Shown here one piece after another: positions 25,620 through 33,224 of a stretch of 52,087 bases of DNA. Position 1 is the stretch's first letter; each line of letters begins with the position of its first letter. Made by a program: the position numbers and the translations under genes. Location: the sequence record MT446395.1, one strand, 5' to 3'. Below the pieces are notes generated by a model. It saw only the letters and a program-made list of their open reading frames with translations, had not been told where the DNA came from and did no database searches. Source of the stretch: Escherichia virus TH21.

Positions 25620-25834
25620 TTGATATTCGAGTTAATTCAGCCTGGGATCAGGAGACGGAAATCTCAGTAATCAATGTTCCGTTTGGAAAGATGCGTAAGC
25701 GCGTGCACCTGGACCTTTCGCCGGATTCGCAAGTGGATGGCGCTGGCATGACATACACCGCAGAGCAGGCGCGCGAACTTGCTGCGGCGCTAATTAAGGC
25801 AGCTGAGGAAGTGGAGGCGGAAGTCGATGAGTAA
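25616..25834 (+). CDS. small acidic protein, paralogue family member 2
   Basis: 72 aa; ATGA overlap with member 1. Confidence 0.5.
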   Translation: MIDIRVNSAWDQETEISVINVPFGKMRKRVHLDLSPDSQVDGAGMTYTAEQARELAAALIKAAEEVEAEVDE

Positions 25835-26027
25835 ATTCAGGATCGCATTGATTGAAACAACAACCGCCTTCGGTCATCCGGTCAAGTGGTATGCCGTCCA
25901 AAAACGGGTGGCTTTGTTCTGGTGGGCTACAGTGGCCCATGCAAGCCAGCTTTCCCAGGCTCGCTACTGGCTGCATAAGTCCGGCGCACCGCATCGCAAA
26001 GAGAAAGTAGTGAGGATTATCGAATGA
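25827..26027 (+). CDS. hypothetical protein
   Basis: 66 aa, Trp-rich basic. Confidence 0.4.
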   Translation: MSKFRIALIETTTAFGHPVKWYAVQKRVALFWWATVAHASQLSQARYWLHKSGAPHRKEKVVRIIE

Positions 26028-26314
26028 AGAAACTAATTTTATTAGCAGCACTGGCTCTGGCTGGATGTGATTTCGGAAGCACCCGTGTAGATTCAGAGGC
26101 TCGGCAGAAGATGCCAGTGAATGTCAACGATCGCGTCCAGGTTGTGAAGATTCAGGAGTTCAGGGATGAACTGGCATATGAGAACGTCAGAGCGATATAC
26201 GTCATCACCGATAAGGACACTGGTCAGGAATACATCGGATTAAGCGGTGTCGGGATCGTGGAAGTTGGTCGCCATGGTTGCGGCAAGGGATGCTCCAGAG
26301 AAGATGAACGATAG
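26024..26314 (+). CDS. small lipoprotein
   Basis: 96 aa; signal peptide with lipobox LAGC. Confidence 0.55.
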   Translation: MKKLILLAALALAGCDFGSTRVDSEARQKMPVNVNDRVQVVKIQEFRDELAYENVRAIYVITDKDTGQEYIGLSGVGIVEVGRHGCGKGCSREDER

Positions 26315-26328
26315 CACTTTTTGTTAAA
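26312..26328 (+). promoter_or_regulatory. cassette palindrome TAGCACTTTTTGTTAAA
   Basis: TAG stop overlaps; hairpin gtgcatttgctatagtgcac. Confidence 0.45.
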
Positions 26329-26393
26329 ACTTCCGTGGGTGCATTTGCTATAGTGCACTCATTGAAGTGAAACAATCAACTAAGGGGTAATTT

Positions 26394-26624
26394 ATGAGCA
26401 CAACCGCCGTACGCATCGCTGACGACTCAGGCGAACAGGCCGAGGTAATGGTAAAGAAACTGCATAGCAGCGCCCAGGGCTTTGCATTCAAGGTGTGCGT
26501 TGACTTCAATCCTGAAGAGTATGTTGACGCATCAAGTTACATGGTGTACACACCAGACCAGGCGCGCAAACTGGCATGTCACCTGATGGAAGCGGCCTAC
26601 CGCGCTGAGAAGGGGGTTTTATGA
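26394..26624 (+). CDS. small acidic protein, paralogue family member 3
   Basis: 76 aa; YTPDQARKLACHLMEAAYRAEK tail. Confidence 0.5.
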   Translation: MSTTAVRIADDSGEQAEVMVKKLHSSAQGFAFKVCVDFNPEEYVDASSYMVYTPDQARKLACHLMEAAYRAEKGVL

Positions 26625-26827
26625 TTACAGATCGCAAGCGCTTCCAGGATATGGACGATGATGATTGCTGGATTGACACGATGACCAATAGCGATAACGT
26701 CACTGTAGAAATCGTTATTGACGACGACTCGGGCGCATTCCCGATGCAAGATCCGGCTACCGTACGCGCAATGGGTGAACACCTTATCAAAATGGCTGAC
26801 TACATGGAGCGCCACAATGAACAATGA
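26621..26827 (+). CDS. small acidic protein, probable paralogue family member 4
   Basis: 68 aa; ATGA overlap with member 3; DPATVRAMGEHLIKMADYME resembles family tail. Confidence 0.4.
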   Translation: MITDRKRFQDMDDDDCWIDTMTNSDNVTVEIVIDDDSGAFPMQDPATVRAMGEHLIKMADYMERHNEQ

Positions 26828-27035
26828 AGAAATGGTTAAGATCCGCATTATCAAGTCACCTTATGGCGGCGTAGATAAAAGCAAGCTGCCAGTGGTGGCG
26901 ATGGCCTGGAAATGGGAGGGCGATAACGGAGAGCCATTTTACATGGTTGACGCCGACTTCCTTCCGGCGCTCAGCAAAAAAGGTATGCTTCCTGGCGACT
27001 GGCCCTTTGCAGAAGATGAGGTTGAAGTGCTATGA
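26817..27035 (+). CDS. hypothetical protein
   Basis: 72 aa from ATG 26817 (GGAG 7 nt upstream). Confidence 0.4.
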   Translation: MNNEEMVKIRIIKSPYGGVDKSKLPVVAMAWKWEGDNGEPFYMVDADFLPALSKKGMLPGDWPFAEDEVEVL

Positions 27036-27130
27036 AGTTCAAATTAGTTGACGTGCTGCAATTGCTGTGTATCGGTTTATCGTGGGTGATGCTGTTCCTG
27101 GTGGTAATCTTCCTGGCTGTGGTGAAATAG
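27032..27130 (+). CDS. 32-aa hydrophobic membrane peptide
   Basis: not in ORF track; single predicted TM helix; ATGA overlap; stop TAG is part of the next cassette. Confidence 0.35.
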   Translation: MKFKLVDVLQLLCIGLSWVMLFLVVIFLAVVK

Positions 27131-27144
27131 CACGAATTGGTAAA
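27128..27144 (+). promoter_or_regulatory. cassette palindrome (TAGCACGAATTGGTAAA)
   Basis: followed by ctgactggTATACT. Confidence 0.45.
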
Positions 27145-27198
27145 ACGATATTCTCCCTGACTGGTATACTTCTTTCATACCAACAAGGGAGAAATGAA

Positions 27199-27387
27199 AT
27201 GACCACTTACACCACGATTTACACTCACTGCGGCAAGGCGTTCACGGCACTGGCTGAGGATATGGAATATCTGCCTTGGCACCAGGTGTGGAAGATGCAC
27301 AAAATCACTTCCACCGGAACGCAGGAGTGGTTCTTGAGAAAGATTTACGTGGCTGAGGTTATTCACCACAACGAAAAATTCGAATAG
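27199..27387 (+). CDS. hypothetical protein
   Basis: 62 aa from ATG 27199 (RBS AAGGGAGA). Confidence 0.4.
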   Translation: MTTYTTIYTHCGKAFTALAEDMEYLPWHQVWKMHKITSTGTQEWFLRKIYVAEVIHHNEKFE

Positions 27388-27401
27388 CACTTTTTGTTAA
27401 A
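27385..27401 (+). promoter_or_regulatory. cassette palindrome TAGCACTTTTTGTTAAA
   Basis: hairpin aaggccatttgatatagtggcctt. Confidence 0.45.
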
Positions 27402-27467
27402 CCTTCCGCAAGGCCATTTGATATAGTGGCCTTATTGAAGCAAAACAACCAATCAGAGGATTTGCAG

Positions 27468-27670
27468 ATGTTTACTGAAAAAGAGTTTGAGCAGTTTTCC
27501 GCCTGGTCAATATGTCAGGCAGCGCTGACCAGATGGATCGCATAAACAGCCGTCTTGAGATGCCAAAGTTCATCGAAGCGGTAGGCCGCAAGGCCTGCGA
27601 TCGCATGTGGCACTTAATCGAGCATTACGGCGTAACACCAGCAACACTTAAATCGGAGCACATGAAATGA
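27468..27670 (+). other. two overlapping small ORFs in different frames (27468..27545 and 27512..27670): possible frameshifted gene or overlapping micro-genes
   Basis: first ORF has RBS AGAGGA; second lacks an RBS and ends in ATGA overlap with the next gene. Confidence 0.3.
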
Positions 27671-28050
27671 AAGTACGTTTACTTAACCCTAGCATCTATG
27701 CCGATCCGAGCTATCGCAAGATTCATCCGAAAGAGACAAACCCGCGCGATCCTGGTTCTTACCCAATCGTTGTAGAGGGGTTCTTTGATGAGTGCAGCCT
27801 GATTATGAAGAAATATGGCTCTGAAATGAACTCAATCAAGGTTGGTGGTGATGAACTGGATCGCGTATTCAAAAGCTATTTCAGCGACGGTCGCCCGATG
27901 GACTCATGCTACGGCAGTGCGGAAGTTCTCGGTTGGTGGAATGAGCCAGGTAAACCGAAAGCATGGGAGCCAGTAGGACCGTTCGATTTCTGGAACAAAT
28001 TAAAGGCATCACGCGAAGTTGGCGAAACTGTAGGGAAGGGTTATTTATGA
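27667..28050 (+). CDS. hypothetical protein
   Basis: 127 aa. Confidence 0.45.
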   Translation: MKVRLLNPSIYADPSYRKIHPKETNPRDPGSYPIVVEGFFDECSLIMKKYGSEMNSIKVGGDELDRVFKSYFSDGRPMDSCYGSAEVLGWWNEPGKPKAWEPVGPFDFWNKLKASREVGETVGKGYL

Positions 28051-28226
28051 TTATTTTATGCATCGTGCTTTACATCCTGGGCGCACTTCCGGTTTATGCA
28101 ATTGCAAAAGACGTTAGAAATATCGATAACAAATGGTACGACATGGTAATCGTTGCTGCTATCTGGCCCCTACCCATTGCTCTAGGAGTGGTTAAGGGCG
28201 TCTACAAAAAGCTGAAGGAGCAATGA
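28047..28226 (+). CDS. small membrane protein (two predicted TM helices)
   Basis: 59 aa from ATG 28047 (ATGA overlap). Confidence 0.4.
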   Translation: MIILCIVLYILGALPVYAIAKDVRNIDNKWYDMVIVAAIWPLPIALGVVKGVYKKLKEQ

Positions 28227-28228
28227 TT

Positions 28229-28432
28229 ATGATTCCGTTGAAGCCAATAGTTTTTATGCGTAATGGGATATGGTTTGCCGTAGTTTGCGGTACTGGATAC
28301 ATCTATTCAAAAACCGCAGGTCGATGGTTTAAGGCTTTAAGCCAGGCGGCGTTATTTACTAATTTGGTTACAGCAGTTCGCACAAGAACGGCATATCAGG
28401 TTAAGGGGTTAAAAAATGCAAGTATACACTAA
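28229..28432 (+). CDS. hypothetical protein
   Basis: 67 aa from ATG 28229 (AAGGAG 8 nt upstream). Confidence 0.4.
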   Translation: MIPLKPIVFMRNGIWFAVVCGTGYIYSKTAGRWFKALSQAALFTNLVTAVRTRTAYQVKGLKNASIH

Positions 28433-28634
28433 CAGTAAAGGTATTGAATTTTGCGCGGTCGGAGGTGTGGTCCTGCGCACTGGTGGCGGGTACGGGATTA
28501 TTAACACCTCAGGCATCACACAGGATCAGTTGGTAAAGGGCATCCAGGCTGGAATCTTTACCTATCACTCATCGTTGACGGCTGATGATTACATCACACT
28601 TGATGCTGCGGTTCGCGTTGGGTTCATCGAATAG
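28416..28634 (+). CDS. hypothetical protein
   Basis: 72 aa. Confidence 0.4.
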   Translation: MQVYTNSKGIEFCAVGGVVLRTGGGYGIINTSGITQDQLVKGIQAGIFTYHSSLTADDYITLDAAVRVGFIE

Positions 28635-28648
28635 CACCTTTTGTTAAA
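28632..28648 (+). promoter_or_regulatory. cassette palindrome TAGCACCTTTTGTTAAA
   Basis: followed by hairpin with ctgactggTATAAT. Confidence 0.5.
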
Positions 28649-28706
28649 AGGGGATTCATCCTGACTGGTATAATCCCCACATCAACCACACGAAAGGAAG
28701 TTAAAA

Positions 28707-29246
28707 ATGAATCAGATGTACACCATGATTAAGCACGAATTGAATACCGCGGAAATCAATGCGCCAGTCTACGTGTTTGATTACGACGGTACGCTGTCGG
28801 ACGGATCGCATCGTTTGCATAAGTTGCCTACAAAGGATTTGCACCTTACTGAGTCATGGTCTGAGTTCAATCGATTGTCAGAGCGTGATGAGCCTATCGA
28901 ATCAACCATTCAGGTAATGAATAGCCTGTACTACTCCGGCGCGTTCATCATCATACTAACCGGGCGCTCAGATGAGGTGTGCGAGATTTCAACTAAATGG
29001 CTTCACGATGCTGGCGCTAAATACAACGTTCTGGTCATGCGCCAGGATGATGACAACCGCAAGGATACGATCATCAAGGAAGAATTTTTACGATACATTG
29101 GCTTGCACCGCATCACCGCAGCGTGGGATGATAGCGTGAGTGTTATAAAGCACTTCCGCAGCTTAGGTATTACCACCTATCAGGTTTGTGATTACGCCGA
29201 TAACAATCGAGAGGATTTAAAATCTCATGGGGTGCATAAGAAGTGA
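28707..29246 (+). CDS. HAD-superfamily phosphatase/nucleotidase-like protein
   Basis: 179 aa; motif I FDYDGTLSDG (DxDGT). Confidence 0.5.
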   Translation: MNQMYTMIKHELNTAEINAPVYVFDYDGTLSDGSHRLHKLPTKDLHLTESWSEFNRLSERDEPIESTIQVMNSLYYSGAFIIILTGRSDEVCEISTKWLHDAGAKYNVLVMRQDDDNRKDTIIKEEFLRYIGLHRITAAWDDSVSVIKHFRSLGITTYQVCDYADNNREDLKSHGVHKK

Positions 29247-29730
29247 TTCAGAGTACCTAAAATTCCTATTCAGTTACAATGACGGGGTGATAACTTGGCG
29301 AAACAAGTCATCACCTCAAAGTAGGATTGTTTTAGGTGAGCGAGCAGGAAGTTTTGATAAGGATGGATACCTGATCGTAAGGGTTAGAAATCAAACATCG
29401 TCGATACATAGGATCGTGTGGGTTTATCATAACGGAGAAATACCAGCCGGATTTGAAATTGACCATGTTGACGGCGATAAACTAAATAACAGGATTGAAA
29501 ACTTAAGACTCACAACAAGATCTGTTAATTGCAGTAATCAGAGAAAGAGAATTGATAACACCAGCGGTGTTTGTGGTGTAACATTCATGAAAGATAGGCT
29601 AAAATACAGGGCGCAAGTCAGAGGTGTAAGGCTTGGTCAATTCGATACTAAAGAAGAAGCCGCCGAGGCTGTTGCTAAGTACAGATCATATTCTGGCGGA
29701 TTCACTGAAAGACACGGTAAGGAGATTTAA
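29227..29730 (+). CDS. HNH homing endonuclease (HNH + AP2-like DNA-binding domain)
   Basis: 167 aa; HNH core IDHVDGDKLNNRIENLR; paralogous to 36891..37373. Confidence 0.65.
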   Translation: MGCIRSDSEYLKFLFSYNDGVITWRNKSSPQSRIVLGERAGSFDKDGYLIVRVRNQTSSIHRIVWVYHNGEIPAGFEIDHVDGDKLNNRIENLRLTTRSVNCSNQRKRIDNTSGVCGVTFMKDRLKYRAQVRGVRLGQFDTKEEAAEAVAKYRSYSGGFTERHGKEI

Positions 29731-29733
29731 AAA

Positions 29734-30354
29734 ATGTCAAAGATTATCATTCTCAACGGTCCAGCTTCGGTTGGTAAAGACACGATTGGCAACGCCCTAG
29801 CAGCAGATTACAACTGCATCCCGACCAGCTTCAAGCGTCCGATGTTTGAGATTGCAGCATCCATCCTTGGGGCCAGGGCTTTTTCAAAGTTCATCACAGC
29901 ATACGACGACCGCGATCAGAAAGAGATGCCTCAGAGCTTCCTTGGTGGCAAGACATGCCGCGAGTTCATGATCTGGATTAGCGAGTCTGTGGTAAAGCCG
30001 CTATTTGGCAACCAGCAATTCGGAAAGCTGATGAGCGAACATATCAAGCTGTGTGACGAAGGATTCTGTTTTGTGTGTACTGATGGCGGCTTCCCTGATG
30101 AAGTGATCAGGCTCGTTGAAGATGGTCACGATGTTACCCTGGTCCGCTTGTTCATGGATGGCAAGACTTTCGCGGGAGATAGCCGTGATTACATCCGCAT
30201 CAAGCAATCGCACTTCCCTGATTACAAGAAATATAACGAGCATGATGTGCATCTGGTAAATGGTGATGTTGATGATGGCGTCCTTAAAGTAGTTCGCGCT
30301 TGCTTGGTTAGTCCTTCAATGGATGATGATTGGGCAGACGATATTCCTTGGTAA
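29734..30354 (+). CDS. deoxynucleoside monophosphate kinase with acidic SSB-tip-like C-terminus
   Basis: 206 aa; P-loop GPASVGKDT; C-terminus DDDWADDIPW. Confidence 0.6.
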   Translation: MSKIIILNGPASVGKDTIGNALAADYNCIPTSFKRPMFEIAASILGARAFSKFITAYDDRDQKEMPQSFLGGKTCREFMIWISESVVKPLFGNQQFGKLMSEHIKLCDEGFCFVCTDGGFPDEVIRLVEDGHDVTLVRLFMDGKTFAGDSRDYIRIKQSHFPDYKKYNEHDVHLVNGDVDDGVLKVVRACLVSPSMDDDWADDIPW

Positions 30355-30355
30355 A

Positions 30356-30372
30356 TAGCACGAATTGCTAAA
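30356..30372 (+). promoter_or_regulatory. cassette palindrome TAGCACGAATTGCTAAA
   Basis: followed by terminator-like hairpin cccgc-tacg-gcggg plus TTTTGTT and TATAGT. Confidence 0.5.
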
Positions 30373-30427
30373 CCCGCTACGGCGGGTTTTGTTATAGTTA
30401 GTTCACACCAAACGAGAGGAAAGCAAA

Positions 30428-30586
30428 ATGATTACTATCAACCTGTCAGACAAGCAAGCTATCATCCTTAAGCAACTACTGGCGACTCAGACTATGCAGT
30501 GCACAGCCGATGAGTTCTCTGAGATGGTCAAAGAGGTCCGAACTCAGATCAATAATCAACAATTCGACGAAAACGAAGGGGAATAA
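30428..30586 (+). CDS. hypothetical small protein (52 aa)
   Basis: not in ORF track; RBS GAGAGGAAAG. Confidence 0.4.
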   Translation: MITINLSDKQAIILKQLLATQTMQCTADEFSEMVKEVRTQINNQQFDENEGE

Positions 30587-30588
30587 CC

Positions 30589-30987
30589 ATGAAATTACGT
30601 TGTGTTAAAATACATCCAGGGTTAGCGCTGCTGTTTAATGATTACTTTCACGTCGGTCAAGTATATGAGGCTAAGCGCCGACCGAACCGTTTCCTCAACG
30701 TGGCTGATGTCACTGATGGCTATAACGGTCTTTCATGGTACGCCGTCCAGAAAGGGAGCAAGTTCAACCTTAATCTGGCAAGCGGCCCAGCAGTCACTTT
30801 CGTGGTAGTAAAAGGTCCGCGCCGCCTTGTTGTAACTGAGAGGCGCGTAACTGGAGTCCTTAATGATAAGCGTAAGTTCCGCCGCATGTGCCGCCAGTAT
30901 GGAAAACTTCGATTCACCGAACCTGGAATGTTCTGCTTTATCGCCTTCGCGGCAATGAAAAAGAATGCACGAAATCACCAGCGATAG
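30589..30987 (+). CDS. hypothetical basic protein
   Basis: 132 aa, Arg/Lys-rich. Confidence 0.45.
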   Translation: MKLRCVKIHPGLALLFNDYFHVGQVYEAKRRPNRFLNVADVTDGYNGLSWYAVQKGSKFNLNLASGPAVTFVVVKGPRRLVVTERRVTGVLNDKRKFRRMCRQYGKLRFTEPGMFCFIAFAAMKKNARNHQR

Positions 30988-31001
30988 CACTTTTTGTTAA
31001 A
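30985..31001 (+). promoter_or_regulatory. cassette palindrome TAGCACTTTTTGTTAAA
   Basis: hairpin ggggtagctgtatagttacccc; leader ATCGAAACGAACGAGGAA. Confidence 0.5.
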
Positions 31002-31057
31002 ACTCATAATCGGGGTAGCTGTATAGTTACCCCATCGAAACGAACGAGGAAGCAGAA

Positions 31058-31270
31058 ATGAAAATTGAAATTATCGACGTTAACTATGTGACAGATGACG
31101 ATGCGCTCACCCTGGAAGAATGCGGCTTTAAAGTCGGTGACGTGGTAGAGACGTCCGGTCATTACATTGATGGCGACCTTTCAATCAGGACCATCCGTGA
31201 AACCGAGTTTGTCATCGTTGGCGATGAGATCAGCATTAGCGAAAATGAATATAAGGTGATCGAAGAATGA
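31058..31270 (+). CDS. hypothetical acidic protein
   Basis: 70 aa. Confidence 0.4.
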   Translation: MKIEIIDVNYVTDDDALTLEECGFKVGDVVETSGHYIDGDLSIRTIRETEFVIVGDEISISENEYKVIEE

Positions 31271-31593
31271 TTTACATTCACACATACGGAGTCGGCAAGT
31301 TCGGCAAAGAGATTCGCCGGACCGTTCACGAAACGAAGGAATCAGCCGAATCTGCACAAAAAGTTCTCGGCGGTGAGTTCAAGGCTTACCGCGACGCAGA
31401 AGACTCGGTTGAATGCTGGCAGATTGGGCACATGCGCAATGTGCTGGAAAGCGAAGTGTCGGAACTTATCGACAACATGACGTGTCACGGCCCTGGCGGA
31501 CCATGGGAAGAACCAGGCTCACCGGAATGGGATTGCGCCAAGGTTGACACCATGAACAAGATCAGCGAAATCATTGATGAGGTTTACGAATAA
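31267..31593 (+). CDS. hypothetical protein
   Basis: 108 aa. Confidence 0.45.
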   Translation: MIYIHTYGVGKFGKEIRRTVHETKESAESAQKVLGGEFKAYRDAEDSVECWQIGHMRNVLESEVSELIDNMTCHGPGGPWEEPGSPEWDCAKVDTMNKISEIIDEVYE

Positions 31594-31832
31594 TGTTTGG
31601 ATTAACCGATCCGCAGATGAACGCAGTAAAGGCCAAGGCCAAGCAATTAAACGCAGCGTATGCCACCCTAAGCAAGAAAGATCGCAAAGATGATAAGCTG
31701 GTTGCCTCAATTATTACCAAGCACCATGAGGCCGTAGCGACCATTATATCGCGTGACAGATTTGTGTGGATTGCTGGTTATCTTAAGGGTCTGGTTGGCA
31801 AACGTGAAAACGGAGAAAGTATCTATGAGTAA
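31593..31832 (+). CDS. hypothetical protein
   Basis: 79 aa. Confidence 0.4.
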   Translation: MFGLTDPQMNAVKAKAKQLNAAYATLSKKDRKDDKLVASIITKHHEAVATIISRDRFVWIAGYLKGLVGKRENGESIYE

Positions 31833-32019
31833 GATCAAGAAAGGTGACGTGATCAAGTGCATCGGCGCGCGCGGTTATGAGTTCTTTACTGGCTGCGAGT
31901 ACACAGTGGAAAAAGTTGATTCCCAGGGATTCGTTTACGTCTACAGTGACGAGGGGAACAAGGTAGCGATCGACTACCCTGCTTGCCCGACGTATGGAAC
32001 TTTTAAAAAAGTTGATTGA
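31825..32019 (+). CDS. hypothetical protein
   Basis: 64 aa from ATG 31825 (RBS GGAGAAAG). Confidence 0.4.
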   Translation: MSKIKKGDVIKCIGARGYEFFTGCEYTVEKVDSQGFVYVYSDEGNKVAIDYPACPTYGTFKKVD

Positions 32020-32023
32020 CAGC

Positions 32024-32052
32024 CATCTCACTGACTGGTATCTTTAATCTCG
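32024..32052 (+). promoter_or_regulatory. sigma70-type promoter (TTGACA-N17-TATCTT)
   Basis: consensus -35 read directly at 32024..32029. Confidence 0.45.
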
Positions 32053-32204
32053 TAAACAGACGAGGCCACCAAGTGGCAACGAGCGGTTCGTAAGCCGCAA
32101 ATTGAAATAGCGCATCGCCAAAAGCAAAGTGTAAGTCGCAAAAAAATCGGGGCATTGTGAAAGCCCGCCGGACTCCGTAACCGGACCTAACAATGAGGTT
32201 TGAT
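32053..32204 (+). ncRNA. long structured 5' leader or candidate small RNA
   Basis: about 150 nt without ORF; stem-loops gccac-caa-gtggc, gcgg-ttcgtaag-ccgc, cggggc..gcccg. Confidence 0.25.
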
Positions 32205-32390
32205 ATGTTTGAAGTCAAGCTAACTATTTTGCTAATGGGGCGCACATGCGCATCTTGTAAGCAAAACTTTGAAGCAAAGGTTGAGGCCAGTAGCGCCGAG
32301 GAAGCCGTTTCAAAGGTGAAGGAAATGAGCGGAGTCGATACAACGACTCATAAATTTTTAGTTAATTATGTAAGGGGTATTTCATGCTGA
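32205..32390 (+). CDS. hypothetical protein
   Basis: 61 aa from ATG 32205 (GAGG 6 nt upstream). Confidence 0.4.
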   Translation: MFEVKLTILLMGRTCASCKQNFEAKVEASSAEEAVSKVKEMSGVDTTTHKFLVNYVRGISC

Positions 32391-32605
32391 CGTTTATTTA
32401 TGGTTTTATTTTAGCTTCCGTCCTGATCATTTCGCTTTCCTGCGCATGGGTTACTAAGCTAATCAAGCGCGGACAATTCGCTCAAGCGCGATATGATGAG
32501 AAGAAAAAGCAATGGCGCGTATCCGGCAAGTTCATGGTTGTTGCTAATGAGCTTTGCGATATTCGATCGGGGCGGAAGCCTGGGGCCATCAAATACGTTG
32601 ATTGA
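32384..32605 (+). CDS. small membrane protein (N-terminal TM helix)
   Basis: 73 aa. Confidence 0.4.
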   Translation: MLTFIYGFILASVLIISLSCAWVTKLIKRGQFAQARYDEKKKQWRVSGKFMVVANELCDIRSGRKPGAIKYVD

Positions 32606-32613
32606 TTCATTTA

Positions 32614-32637
32614 AGCATCCTTCGGGGTGCTTTTTTT
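32614..32637 (+). terminator. intrinsic terminator ending the accessory operon
   Basis: hairpin agcatcc-ttcg-gggtgct plus T7. Confidence 0.65.
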
Positions 32638-32649
32638 ATGCCTGCAATC

Positions 32650-32658
32650 TGGTATAAT
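32650..32658 (+). promoter_or_regulatory. extended -10 promoter (TGGTATAAT) for the packaging/structural operon
   Basis: TGnTATAAT read directly about 30 nt upstream of the TerS start. Confidence 0.4.
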
Positions 32659-32687
32659 TCATTCCTATTCAACAAGGGGAAACAACT

Positions 32688-33224
32688 ATGAAAGACGAAA
32701 ACTTCACCAGTCACGCAAACGAGAAGGTTCGAATCGGTAACTTCAAAGAGCTATACAATAAAAAGTATGGCGACATTGCCAACCTGAACCATCGTCACCC
32801 AATGACGCCTGAGACTGTATTCAACCTTGCTGTTAAATATTTCTCATGGGCCGAGGACCAGGCAATTAAGGCAATCGAAACGGCGAGCTTCCAGGGCGTT
32901 GTCACTGAGAACCTAGTGCACAAGCCGCGAGTGTTCACGCTCAACGGCTTCCAGCTTTATTGCGGAGTTACCTCCGGTGCTATCCAAAGCTGGCGCGCGT
33001 CGCCTGGATTCTCTGAGGTAATGGAGTTCATCGACTCAGTAATCATTGAACAGAAATATCAGTTAGCTGCGTCCAACCTTATCAACGCCGGATTCGTAGG
33101 CAAAGACATTGGTATCGACAAGGCGGCAGAAGTGAACGTGCAGAACAACGTATCTGCTGGCGCGGTGTCCGTGACTACGGATGAATTTAAAGAAGCCGTT
33201 AAGGATATTTTGGGGGAATTATGA
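32688..33224 (+). CDS. terminase small subunit
   Basis: 178 aa; position immediately upstream of large terminase; ATGA overlap. Confidence 0.6.
   Translation: MKDENFTSHANEKVRIGNFKELYNKKYGDIANLNHRHPMTPETVFNLAVKYFSWAEDQAIKAIETASFQGVVTENLVHKPRVFTLNGFQLYCGVTSGAIQSWRASPGFSEVMEFIDSVIIEQKYQLAASNLINAGFVGKDIGIDKAAEVNVQNNVSAGAVSVTTDEFKEAVKDILGEL

Noticed and set aside
32053-32204. tRNA gene in the structured leader (GGTTCG..AAGCC stem-loop)
   Set aside because: No 7-bp acceptor stem pairing, no proper anticodon arm (U33 and 7-nt loop missing) and the T-loop deviates from the TTCRANY pattern.
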